A stretch of 64,000 nt of DNA from NCBI GenBank assembly GCA_963697915.1, contig OY969103.1, positions 727,839 to 791,838 on the forward strand, written 5' to 3'. The notes under the pieces were generated by a model that saw only the letters and a program-made list of their open reading frames with translations, made no database searches and was not told the origin of the DNA. Within the stretch, counting starts at the first letter, position 1; every line of letters begins with the position of its first letter. Positions 49,144-57,331 of the stretch are shown one piece after another. Source of the DNA: an uncultured Solirubrobacterales bacterium. Its GTDB lineage: Bacteria > Actinomycetota > Thermoleophilia > Solirubrobacterales > 70-9. The position numbers and the translations under genes were made by a program.

Positions 49144-50729
49144 CTGACCGCCTCGCCCCGCTCAGCCTCGAGCGGGGCGGCGCCGCGGATCAGGTCGGCG
49201 GCGCGCTCGGCGATCGCGATCGTCGGCGCGTTGGTGTTGCCGCGCGGCACCGTCGGCAACACCGAGGCGTCGACGACGCGCAGCCCCTCGAGCCCCTCGA
49301 CCCGCAGCTCGGCGTCGACGACCGAGCCGAGCGCGCAGGTGCCGACCGGGTGGTAGATCGGGAAGGTCGTCGCCGCCAGGTGCGCGCGCAGGGCGTCGTC
49401 ACCGCCGCCGGCCGGCACCGTGGTCGGCTCGGCGCAGTAGGGCGCCAACGCCGGCTGGGCGCAGATCTCCTCCAGCAGCCGCAGCCCCGCGACCATGCGC
49501 TCGGCATCGGCCTCCTCGGCGTAGAACCCGTCGCGGACCACCGGTTTGGCGCTCGGGTCTTTCGAGGCGAGCCGCACGCTGCCGCGGCTCCGCGGGGTGA
49601 GCAGGCAGACCGAGACCCAGACGCCGTGGCCGTCGGGGTCCCCCAGGCCCTCTTCGACGATCTGGATCGGGGCGACGTGGAACTGCACGTCGGGGGCGGG
49701 AGCCCCCGCCTCGACCCGGGCGAAGCCCCCCGATTCGGCCATGTTGGAGGCGAAGGGGCCGGTCTGGGTCGCCATGAACTCCTCCAGCGCCGCCGGCTCC
49801 CGCGCGGTCAAGAGGCTCTCGGGCTCGGGCGTCGCCCAGACCTCGTAGGCGCAGGGGTGGTCGCTGAGGTTGGCGCCGACCGCGGGCTGATCAAGCAGGA
49901 CCTCGATGTCGCGCATCGCCAGGTGCTCAGCCGGGCCGACTCCGGAGAGCATCAGCAGCTGCGGCGAGTTGAAGGAGCCGCCGCAGAGGATCGTCTCGCG
50001 CTCGGCGCGCAGCTCCTGCTTCTCGCCCAGCCGGCTGGCCTCGACGCCGACCGCTCGACTGCCCTCGAAGAGCACCCGCTCGACGTGCATGAAGGGCATC
50101 ACGGTCAGGTTCGGCCGCTCCGCCGCCGGGTGCAGGTAGGCGACGGCGCAGCTGGCCCGCAGCCCGCCCCGCTGGGTCAGCTGGTACATGCCGGCGCCTT
50201 CCTGCTCGGCGCCGTTGAAGTCCTCGTTGCGGGGCAGTCCCGCTTCGACCGCGGCCTCGACGAAGGCCGGCGTGATCTTGTTGCCGGAGCGCTGGTCGGA
50301 GACCGGCAGCGGGCCGCCGACCCCGTGCCACTGCGAGGCGCCGCGCTCGTTGTCCTCGGACTTGAGGAAGTAGGGAAAGAGGTCGTCCCAGCCCCAGCCG
50401 GGCACCCCCCACCCGTCGTAGTCGAGCGGGTTGCCGCGGATGTAGACCATCGCGTTGATCGAGGAGGAGCCGCCGAGCACCTTTCCGCGCGGCAGCGAGA
50501 TGCGGCGGTTGTTGCAGTTCGGCTCCGGCGCGGTCCAGTAGCCCCAGTCGACGTCGGTGCCGGCCAGTTTCAGGTAGCCGAGCGGGACGTGGATGTTCTC
50601 CTTCGTGTCCGGCGGGCCGGCCTCGAGCAGGAGGACGCTGACGTCGGGGTCCTCGGAGAGGCGCGCCGCGAGCACGCAGCCGGCCGAGCCGGCGCCGACG
50701 ATCACGTAGTCGTACATGGGGCTGCTCAC
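49140..50729 (-). CDS. GMC-family FAD oxidoreductase (choline dehydrogenase-like)
   Basis: YDYVIVGAGSAGCVLAARLSED, GGSSSINAMVY, and the C-terminal HPVGTCALG...VVDASVLP motifs. The start is GTG 50729 (overlapping the ybaB stop) or ATG 50717. Confidence 0.9.
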   Translation of the reverse strand: MSSPMYDYVIVGAGSAGCVLAARLSEDPDVSVLLLEAGPPDTKENIHVPLGYLKLAGTDVDWGYWTAPEPNCNNRRISLPRGKVLGGSSSINAMVYIRGNPLDYDGWGVPGWGWDDLFPYFLKSEDNERGASQWHGVGGPLPVSDQRSGNKITPAFVEAAVEAGLPRNEDFNGAEQEGAGMYQLTQRGGLRASCAVAYLHPAAERPNLTVMPFMHVERVLFEGSRAVGVEASRLGEKQELRAERETILCGGSFNSPQLLMLSGVGPAEHLAMRDIEVLLDQPAVGANLSDHPCAYEVWATPEPESLLTAREPAALEEFMATQTGPFASNMAESGGFARVEAGAPAPDVQFHVAPIQIVEEGLGDPDGHGVWVSVCLLTPRSRGSVRLASKDPSAKPVVRDGFYAEEADAERMVAGLRLLEEICAQPALAPYCAEPTTVPAGGGDDALRAHLAATTFPIYHPVGTCALGSVVDAELRVEGLEGLRVVDASVLPTVPRGNTNAPTIAIAERAADLIRGAAPLEAERGEAVS

Positions 50730-51064
50730 ATCCCGGGCAGGCCGCCCATGCCGCCGAGGCCTGGGATCCCGCCCATCTTCGACCCGGCCAGGTCCTGGGC
50801 GGCGCGCAGCGCCTCGTTGACCGCGGCCTGGACCATGTCGGCGAGCATCTCGGCCTCCTCGGGATCGATCGCCTCGGGGTCGATGACGATCTCCCGCAGG
50901 GTCAGGTCGCCGCCCATCTTGACCTTGACCATGCCGCCGCCGGCGCTGGCCTCGACCACCTCATCCTTGAGCTGCTCCTGCGCTTTCATCATCTCCGCCT
51001 GCATCTGCTGCGCCTGTTTCATCAGGGCGTTCACGTCGAAGCCCCCGGGGCCACCCCTTGCCAT
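50726..51064 (-). CDS. ybaB: YbaB/EbfC nucleoid-associated protein
   Basis: Trimmed to MARGGPGGFDVNALMKQAQQMQAEMMKAQEQL...GGGMVKVKMGGD (ATG 51064). Typical YbaB sequence with a Gly-rich tail. Confidence 0.9.
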   Translation of the reverse strand: MARGGPGGFDVNALMKQAQQMQAEMMKAQEQLKDEVVEASAGGGMVKVKMGGDLTLREIVIDPEAIDPEEAEMLADMVQAAVNEALRAAQDLAGSKMGGIPGLGGMGGLPGM

Positions 51065-51066
51065 CG

Positions 51067-52842
51067 TTAACCGACCTCCTCCGCGTCGAACTCGCTCTTG
51101 ATCTTGTCCAGTAGGGCCGCACGATCGCCGCCCGCCTCGGCGAGAGGAGCGTCCCGCGGCGGCTCCTCGGCCGCCGTCTCCGCACCGTCGACGACGACGT
51201 AGACCGGCCGCAACCGCTGTCCCACAACGGTCTCCATAGCCACCACCAACTGCTCCCGCTTGTCCGGCGCCTCCGCCTTGCGTTTGTTGAAAGTCGCGTT
51301 CGCCGGGAACCCCACCGTCAACTCCCCGTCGTCCAACCCCACCGGCCGCGCCCCCTCGAAAGAAGCCGCCAACGCCGGCGCTGTCTGCAAGAGCTGATCG
51401 AGCACCGCCGGCCAAACCTTGACGACCTCATCCATCCCAAGCTCCCCAGCAGCCCGCGGCGGTTGCGACTCAGCCACCTCCGCCGGCATCTCTGGCTCGG
51501 GCTCCGCCACGTCCGCTGGCGCCTCTGGCTCGGGCTCCACCACCTCGGCCGGGGCATCTTGCTCAGCCAATTTCGTCTCTGTCGCGGGTGGCGCGGTAGG
51601 GGGAACCGCCCCTGAGGAAGCTTTAGCTACCGGAGGGGGCGGTGGGTCCCCTGCCGCGACAGGACCCGCGACCCCAGCGCCCGGTCCCTGCTGCTCGAGC
51701 TTCTCGATCCTCCTAAGCAACCCCTCAGTCGAGGGATCGAGGTCAGGCCGCGCAGCCTTCAAAAGTGCGATCTCGACAGCCATCCGAGCGTCATCGCCCT
51801 CTCTGACGGCAGTGAGCGCGTTAGCGAGCTCGTCGATCGTCCGCACCAGAGTCGCCGCCCCGATCCCCTGCGCCTGCGCCTGCATCCGCCCCTCGTCGGT
51901 AGCGGTGACGACAAAGGTGTTCGGCACCTCCCCCAACGTCTGGGTAACCAGCAGATGCCGCAGGTGCGCAAGCAGATCCCGAGCGAACTGCGAGGGGTCG
52001 CGACCGGAGCGCGCCATCTCCTCGACCCCGAGCAGGACCCCCTTCGGGTCCGCCGCGATCACCGCGTCGACGGCGCCGAAGAGCAGCTCGGCGTCGGCGG
52101 CCCCGAGCAGCTGCAGGACATCGTCGAGGACGATCTGGCTGCCGCCGAAGGCGACCAACTGGTCGAGCGTGCCGAGCGCGTCGCGGAAGCTGCCCGAGGC
52201 GGAGCGGGCGATCGTCGCCGTCGCCCCGGCGTCGACCTCGATGCCCTCCGCCGCCGCGACCCGGGTCAGCACCTCGGAGATCTGCTCCAGCGAGGGGCGC
52301 TGGAAGTCGAAGCGCTGGCAGCGGTCGGCGATCGTCGCCATCACCTTGTGCGACTCGGTGGTCGCCAGGACGAAGACGGTGTTCGGCGGTGGCTCCTCGA
52401 GCGTCTTGAGGAAGGCGTTCCAGGCCTCTTTGGTCAGCATGTGGGCCTCGTCGAGGATGTAGACCTTCCAGCGGCCGCCGGTCGGCGCGTAGGCGACCCG
52501 CTCGCGCAGGTCGCGCACGTCGTCGACCGAGCGGTTGGAGGCGGCGTCCATCTCGATCACGTCGATCGAGGTGCCGGCGGCGATCGTCCGGCAGGACTCG
52601 CATTCGCCGCAGGGTGTGACGGTCGGCCCGCCGCGCTCGCAGTTGAGCGAGCGGGCGAGGATCTTCGCCATCGAGGTCTTGCCGGTCCCGCGCGAGCCGA
52701 CGAAGAGGTAGGCGTGGTGGACCTTGTCGCCCTCGACCGCGTTGCGCAGGGTGCGGACGACGTGCTGCTGGCCGACCACCTGGTCGAACGAACCGGGGCG
52801 GTGACGGCGGTAGAGGGAGGTCGAATCGCTGGTCGGCGGCAC
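51067..52842 (-). CDS. dnaX: DNA polymerase III subunit gamma/tau
   Basis: Proposed GTG start at 52842 (VPPTSDSTSLYRRHRPGSFDQVVGQQH). Walker A GSRGTGKTS, zinc module CGECESC, DEAH box-like ILDEAHML. The C-terminus is a Pro/Glu-rich repeat region. Confidence 0.92.
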   Translation of the reverse strand: MPPTSDSTSLYRRHRPGSFDQVVGQQHVVRTLRNAVEGDKVHHAYLFVGSRGTGKTSMAKILARSLNCERGGPTVTPCGECESCRTIAAGTSIDVIEMDAASNRSVDDVRDLRERVAYAPTGGRWKVYILDEAHMLTKEAWNAFLKTLEEPPPNTVFVLATTESHKVMATIADRCQRFDFQRPSLEQISEVLTRVAAAEGIEVDAGATATIARSASGSFRDALGTLDQLVAFGGSQIVLDDVLQLLGAADAELLFGAVDAVIAADPKGVLLGVEEMARSGRDPSQFARDLLAHLRHLLVTQTLGEVPNTFVVTATDEGRMQAQAQGIGAATLVRTIDELANALTAVREGDDARMAVEIALLKAARPDLDPSTEGLLRRIEKLEQQGPGAGVAGPVAAGDPPPPPVAKASSGAVPPTAPPATETKLAEQDAPAEVVEPEPEAPADVAEPEPEMPAEVAESQPPRAAGELGMDEVVKVWPAVLDQLLQTAPALAASFEGARPVGLDDGELTVGFPANATFNKRKAEAPDKREQLVVAMETVVGQRLRPVYVVVDGAETAAEEPPRDAPLAEAGGDRAALLDKIKSEFDAEEVG

Positions 52843-52878
52843 TGCGGCCAGTGTATCTGCGCCGATACCGTGCGCCGG

Positions 52879-54363
52879 ATGCGTTCGGGGGCGAGAAGCC
52901 TGCTCGTGCCACTTGCCTGGGTCGCCGCCGTCGCGACGCTCCTGCTGGCGGTCTTCCCGCGCGGCTTTCCCAACTACGACACGATCTACAGCCTGCTCTG
53001 GGGACGCGAACTGGGCGAAGGGCTCAGCCCCGACCGAGGGGCGACGCTGCCCCCCACCCCGCACCCGCTGACCGAACTCTGGGGCCTTGTCGCCTCGCCG
53101 CTGGGCGACGGCGCGATCGACCTGACCATGGTCGTCGCCTACGTCGCGCTGGGGCTGGTCGGCTACCTCGTCTACCGGCTCGGCTCGCTCTGGTTCGACC
53201 GCCCGATCGGCGCCGTCGCCGCCCTGATCGTCCTCACCCGCGCCCCCTACCTCTCCAACGGCCTGCGCGCCTACATCGACATCCCTTACATAGTCCTGGT
53301 CCTCGCCGCCCTGGTCGTCGAGACCCGCCGCCCCCGCGCCGGCTGGCCCGTCTTAGCTCTCCTCGCTCTCGCCGGGCTGCTGCGCCCAGAGGCCTGGCTG
53401 TTCTCCATCGCCTACCTGGCCTACTGGGTGCTTGGGGGGACGAGAGGGGTCTCCCTCGAACGGGCGGATACTCAAAGTGCCGGTCTCATGAGACCGGCAC
53501 TTGTCCGGGCGAGGGAGACCCCTCTCGTTCTCGTCACTCTCGCATTTGCCGGGCCGGTGCTGTGGGCGCTGTTCGACTGGATCACGGCCGGCAGCCCGAC
53601 CTACTCCTTCACCGGCACCCGTGAGACGGTCGAAACCCTGGAACGGCAGACCGGGCCGGTCGACCTCGTCCTCTACGGGCCGCGCCGGCTCGGCGAGGTC
53701 CTGCAGTGGCCGGGGATGGTCGGCGCCGCCGGCGGCATCGTCCTCGGCCTCATCACCATGCGGCGCCGCAGCACGATCGGGGTCGCCGCCGCGGCCCTCG
53801 CGCTCGCCGCCTTCGCCGTTCTCGCCACCGCCGGCCTGGCGATCATCCCCCGCTACACGATGCTCGCCGCGGCGATCCTCGCAGTCTTCGCCGCCCTCGC
53901 CCTGCTCGGCTGGCGCCTGCTCGAAGATGGCGACCCCTGGCGCCGCCCCTGGCAGGCCTTCGCCGCCCTCGTCGCCCTGATGTTCGCGATCTGGGCGCCC
54001 AACCAGTACGACCTCCTGCAGAAGGTCGACACCGATTTGACCAACCAGAGCGAGATCGAGGGCGACCTCGACGCGCTCGCCGACTCCGGCGCCTTCGAGC
54101 CGATCTGCCTGCCGATCTCGGTGCCCAACCACCGCGCGGTCCCCCGCCTCGCCTTCGACCTCGACCTGCGCCCCTCGCAGATCGTCAGCTCGGCCGAGGG
54201 GCGCCAGCCCCGCCGCGGCTACTTCCTCGACCCGGCCAGCCCCTTCGTCATCCACAACTTCATCCTCGACCCCAACGACCCGGCCCGCTTCGAGGTTGAC
54301 GTCCCGCCCGGCTTCCGTCCCGTCGCCCGCAACGAGTCCTGGGTCCTCTATCGCCGCTGCTAG
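52879..54363 (+). CDS. Polytopic membrane protein, possibly a GT-C type glycosyltransferase
   Basis: Trimmed to MRSGARSLLVPLAWVAAVATLLL (ATG 52879). About 10 or more hydrophobic helices and a soluble C-terminal domain. I did not see a firm family motif. Confidence 0.6.
   Translation: MRSGARSLLVPLAWVAAVATLLLAVFPRGFPNYDTIYSLLWGRELGEGLSPDRGATLPPTPHPLTELWGLVASPLGDGAIDLTMVVAYVALGLVGYLVYRLGSLWFDRPIGAVAALIVLTRAPYLSNGLRAYIDIPYIVLVLAALVVETRRPRAGWPVLALLALAGLLRPEAWLFSIAYLAYWVLGGTRGVSLERADTQSAGLMRPALVRARETPLVLVTLAFAGPVLWALFDWITAGSPTYSFTGTRETVETLERQTGPVDLVLYGPRRLGEVLQWPGMVGAAGGIVLGLITMRRRSTIGVAAAALALAAFAVLATAGLAIIPRYTMLAAAILAVFAALALLGWRLLEDGDPWRRPWQAFAALVALMFAIWAPNQYDLLQKVDTDLTNQSEIEGDLDALADSGAFEPICLPISVPNHRAVPRLAFDLDLRPSQIVSSAEGRQPRRGYFLDPASPFVIHNFILDPNDPARFEVDVPPGFRPVARNESWVLYRRC
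53436..53532. repeat. Nested perfect palindrome inside the membrane-protein CDS
   Basis: Outer 19-bp inverted repeat ACGAGAGGGGTCTCCCTCG (53440-53458) / CGAGGGAGACCCCTCTCGT (53510-53528) encloses the 24-nt perfect palindrome GTGCCGGTCTCATGAGACCGGCAC (53477-53500). The reading frame is maintained. Confidence 0.85.
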
Positions 54364-55160
54364 CTGCCGCGCTCGACCGCCTCGACCGCGGCGTGGGTCG
54401 CCGAGGCGAGATCGGGGTCGGCCAGCTCGACCGCCGGCGGCAACTCGACGTGGAGATCGCTGGAGGGATCGAGCTGGGCGCGCAGGCCGCTCGATCGCGA
54501 GCTGAGGACGTGGCCGCCGCGCGTGCGGTCGGCGCTGATGAAGTGGAGGTGGTAGCCGCCGACCTCGATCCCCTCGGCGTACTCGGGGAAGCGGAAGCCC
54601 AGCATCGTGCCCTCGACGTCGTGCAGCTCGAAGACGTGCTGCTCGGCGACGACCTCGGTCAGCGGCCGGTAGGGCGGCTCCTGGCGCGGCACCGAGCGGG
54701 CGCGGACCAGCTCGAAGCGACCGTCGAGGCGGATCGCGCAGGAGACCGCCCCGTCCGGCGCCAGCTCGTCGATCGCGGCCAGCAGCTCCTCGTGGGAGAG
54801 CGGCCCGCCGAGGCGGCACTCGGCGGTCGGCTCGAAACGGGTGACGACCGCGAACGGGGTCCGCTCCCCGGGGTCGATCTCGTTGACCGCGCCCGCGACG
54901 TCGGCGCGGTAGAAGCGGCCGCCGAGGGCGATCATCTCGCCGTCGAGCCCGTTCAGCGTGCCGAGGCCGAGATCCCCCTGCTCGGCCAGCTCGGCGAAGC
55001 TGAGGTCGCCCTCGTAGGCGCCGTCGAGGAGGGCGGCGATCGTCGAGGCCTGAAAGAGCACGTGCGGCTCGCGCTCCGCGTGCAGTTCCTGCTCGCGCAT
55101 CGTCTTCACGTGCAACGCTCTGATCCACCGCTCGTCCAACACGGCGGGGGAGTCTCGCAT
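54360..55160 (-). CDS. Alpha-acetolactate decarboxylase
   Basis: LFQASTIAALLDGAYEGDLSF, GLGTLNGLDGEMI and the C-terminal GYHLHFISADRTRGGHVL are typical ALDC motifs. The start may be the internal Met (MREQEL, about 55100). Confidence 0.85.
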   Translation of the reverse strand: MRDSPAVLDERWIRALHVKTMREQELHAEREPHVLFQASTIAALLDGAYEGDLSFAELAEQGDLGLGTLNGLDGEMIALGGRFYRADVAGAVNEIDPGERTPFAVVTRFEPTAECRLGGPLSHEELLAAIDELAPDGAVSCAIRLDGRFELVRARSVPRQEPPYRPLTEVVAEQHVFELHDVEGTMLGFRFPEYAEGIEVGGYHLHFISADRTRGGHVLSSRSSGLRAQLDPSSDLHVELPPAVELADPDLASATHAAVEAVERGS

Positions 55161-55245
55161 CCCTGGGCGGCTCTATAGCCTGGAAGGCAAGCCTGCGAGC
55201 ACCGACCAGCGATGAATCCTGGACGCGAGAGGGGTCTCTAGAGAC

Positions 55246-56136
55246 GTGGCAGCAATCGAACTACGCGGCGTCGTCAAGCGCTTCGGCCCGATCACAGCCG
55301 TCGACGGCCTCGACCTCGACGTGCCCGAGGGCATCTGCCTCGGCCTGCTCGGCCCCAACGGGGCCGGTAAGTCGACGACGATGCGGCTGCTCACCGGGCA
55401 GGCCCTGCCCGACGCCGGCGAACTGCGCGCCCTCGGCCACGAGCTGCCCGGCGACGCCAAGGCGGCCCGCGCCCAAATGGGCGTCGTGCCGCAGCTCGAC
55501 AACCTCGACGTCGACGTCACCGTCGAAGACAACCTCGCGATCTTCGCCCGCCTCTACCGAGTGCCCGACGTCGGCGCCGCGGTCGACCGCGCCCTCGACC
55601 TGGCGCGTCTGCGCGACCGTCGCCGCGACGCCGTCGACGAGCTCTCCGGCGGTATGCGCCGCCGCCTGCTGCTCGCCCGCGGCCTCGTCCACGAACCGCG
55701 GCTGATCCTGCTCGACGAGCCGACCGTCGGCCTCGACCCGCAGATCCGCACTGAGCTCTGGACCCTGATCGACAACCTGCGCTCGCACGGCACGACGATC
55801 CTGATGTCGACTCACTACATCGAGGAGGCCGAGCGACTCGCCGACGAAGTGGCGGTGATGGCCAACGGCAAGATCATCAGCCGCGGCCACCCGAGCGAGC
55901 TGATCGCCGAGCACGCCGGCCGCCAGACCGCCGAGGTCTACGCGCCGCCCGAGCGCCTCGCCGAGGTCCGCCTCGCCGCCGAGGCGACCGGCCTGCGGGT
56001 GCGCCCGGCCGGCCCGGCGATCGCGATCGTCGGCTCCGAGAGGGCCGAGAACGGCGCCGTCCCTGACGACGCGGTGATCCGCGCCGCCTCACTCGAGGAC
56101 GTCTTCGTCCTGCTCACGGGAGAGGAGGCGGAGTGA
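55246..56136 (+). CDS. ABC transporter ATP-binding protein (DrrA/NodI-like)
   Basis: Walker A GPNGAGKST, signature LSGGMRRRL, Walker B LILLDEPTVGLD. GTG start. Confidence 0.9.
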   Translation: MAAIELRGVVKRFGPITAVDGLDLDVPEGICLGLLGPNGAGKSTTMRLLTGQALPDAGELRALGHELPGDAKAARAQMGVVPQLDNLDVDVTVEDNLAIFARLYRVPDVGAAVDRALDLARLRDRRRDAVDELSGGMRRRLLLARGLVHEPRLILLDEPTVGLDPQIRTELWTLIDNLRSHGTTILMSTHYIEEAERLADEVAVMANGKIISRGHPSELIAEHAGRQTAEVYAPPERLAEVRLAAEATGLRVRPAGPAIAIVGSERAENGAVPDDAVIRAASLEDVFVLLTGEEAE

Positions 56137-56921
56137 GCAACGGCGGCGCCAGCCTGCGGCGGCTCGAACCGGCGGCGATCGCCGGGGTGATGAGCCGCGA
56201 ACTGGCCAACTTCCGCACCTACTGGAAGGGCACCACCTTCTCCAGCGTGCTCGAACCGATCGTCTACCTGCTCGCCTTCGGCCTCGGGCTCAGCGCGACC
56301 CTGATCGACGAAGTCGGCGGCGTCCCCTATGTCGAGTACGTCGGCACCGGCATGGTCGCGACCGCGGTGATCTTCTCCAGCGCCCTGCCGGCGATGTTCG
56401 GCACCTTCGTCAAGCACCGCTTCCAGAACACCTACGACGCGATCCTCGCCGCGCCGGTCGACGTCGAGGAGCTGGTCAGCGCCGAGATGCTCTGGATCGG
56501 GCTGCGCGCCAGCGTCTACGGCTGCGTGCCGCTGCTGGTCACGATCTTCTTCGGGCTGAATCCGGCGGCCGGGATGCTGCTGGTGCCGATCTTCTGCCTC
56601 TTCACCGCGCTCGGCTTCGCCGGCTTCGGCATCGCGATGGCGGCGACCGTCGCCAAGATCGACCAGTTCAACTACGTGACGGCGCTCTTCGTCACGCCCC
56701 TCTTCCTCGTCTCCGGCGCCTTCTTCCCGATCTCCGACCTGCCCGAGGGCATCCAGGTCGTCGCCCAGCTCAATCCCCTGCACCAGCTGGTCGAACTCGT
56801 CCGCGGCGCCTCTTTCGGCTTCGAGGCGATCGACCTGGTCCGCTTCGCCGGCCTGGTCGGCTTCGCCCTGGTCATGTGGCGGATCGCCGTCCACCGCATG
56901 GAGAAGCGCCTGATCGACTGA
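56133..56921 (+). CDS. ABC-2 type transporter permease (DrrB/NodJ-like)
   Basis: 262 aa with 6 hydrophobic segments. Overlaps the ATPase gene by 4 nt. Typical ABC-2 layout. Confidence 0.85.
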   Translation: MSNGGASLRRLEPAAIAGVMSRELANFRTYWKGTTFSSVLEPIVYLLAFGLGLSATLIDEVGGVPYVEYVGTGMVATAVIFSSALPAMFGTFVKHRFQNTYDAILAAPVDVEELVSAEMLWIGLRASVYGCVPLLVTIFFGLNPAAGMLLVPIFCLFTALGFAGFGIAMAATVAKIDQFNYVTALFVTPLFLVSGAFFPISDLPEGIQVVAQLNPLHQLVELVRGASFGFEAIDLVRFAGLVGFALVMWRIAVHRMEKRLID

Positions 56922-56961
56922 TCGCAGGATTGTCGGGCCTGGGACCCCACAATCCTGCGAT
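56921..56961. terminator. Bidirectional hairpin between the ABC-2 operon and the SRP RNA 3' end
   Basis: ATCGCAGGATTGT-(15 nt)-ACAATCCTGCGAT: perfect 13-bp stem starting at the permease stop codon and ending 7 nt from the SRP RNA 3' end. Confidence 0.6.
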
Positions 56962-56967
56962 TGAAGA

Positions 56968-57247
56968 TATGGACCGTGCGTCCCGCCTTCGAAGCGAAGT
57001 CACCGGGCGTGTCCGTCGCGTTTGGCTCGAGCCGGGCTCACCTGCGGCACCCGCGGCATCCGCTTAAGGCTGCTTCCTTCCGGACCTGACCTGATTCACG
57101 TGCCCACGTCGCGCAGGACCCGGCCGTCAACGCCGCCCGCGGCGCACTGACCCCGACGGCCAGCCCCTAGGAACGGGTTTCGGCCCCGCTAGAGCGGATT
57201 GCGGGTTACAGGGCACCGCTGATTCCCCGCCTAGCACGGTCCACCAT
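56968..57247 (-). ncRNA. ffs: Signal recognition particle RNA, long (Bacillus-type, with Alu domain)
   Basis: The minus strand carries CAGGTCAGGTCCGGAAGGAAGCAGCC (revcomp of 57068-57093, domain IV with GGAA loop). It also has a 5' segment GACCGTGCTAGGCGGGGAATCAGCGGTGCCCTGTAACCCGCAATCCGCTCTAGCGGGGCCGAA that parallels the B. subtilis scRNA Alu domain as I recall it. 5' GGACCGTGC pairs with 3' GCACGGTCC. Ends are approximate. Confidence 0.85.
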
Positions 57248-57264
57248 CGATCCTACCCGTCCCA

Positions 57265-57315
57265 GACGTGCCGGTGCTCCGGGGTCCATACTGGCCCCCG
57301 GAGCACCGGCACGTC
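57265..57315. promoter_or_regulatory. 20-bp perfect hairpin/palindrome in the SRP RNA / antiporter divergent region
   Basis: GACGTGCCGGTGCTCCGGGG-(11 nt)-CCCCGGAGCACCGGCACGTC. It ends 16 nt upstream of the antiporter ATG and starts 18 nt from the SRP RNA 5' end. No U-tract on either strand. Confidence 0.6.
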
Positions 57316-57331
57316 CACATAGGATCGCGCG

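Noticed and set aside
51067-52842. Programmed -1 frameshift site in dnaX (A AAA AAG type), and the tandem approximately 33-nt repeats near 51470-51545.
   Set aside because: I saw no slippery heptamer on the coding strand. The repeats simply encode the Pro/Glu-rich linker (EPEPExPAxVA twice) and are in frame.
53440-53528. The palindrome contains inverted GGTCTC/GAGACC (type IIS-like) sites, which made me consider a cloning or assembly artefact.
   Set aside because: The reading frame of the host gene is preserved, the flanks are continuous native-looking coding sequence, and no vector-like sequence is nearby. I treat it as genomic, though read-level verification would be prudent.
53477-57312. 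Possible repeat family linking the two big hairpins through the shared core GTGCCGGT...ACCGGCAC.
   Set aside because: The 8-mer GTGCCGGT also occurs in ordinary coding sequence (for example near 900, 1135, 9478 and 42612). The shared core is therefore compatible with chance in GC-rich DNA, and the rest of the two elements is unrelated.
57248-57331. Riboswitch (for example c-di-AMP or cation-sensing classes) upstream of the antiporter, and likewise at 40096-40227 upstream of the ArsB/NhaD permease.
   Set aside because: Most of the 56922-57331 gap is explained by the SRP RNA on the other strand. The remaining 84 nt, and the 132-nt permease leader, show none of the conserved riboswitch cores I can recall.
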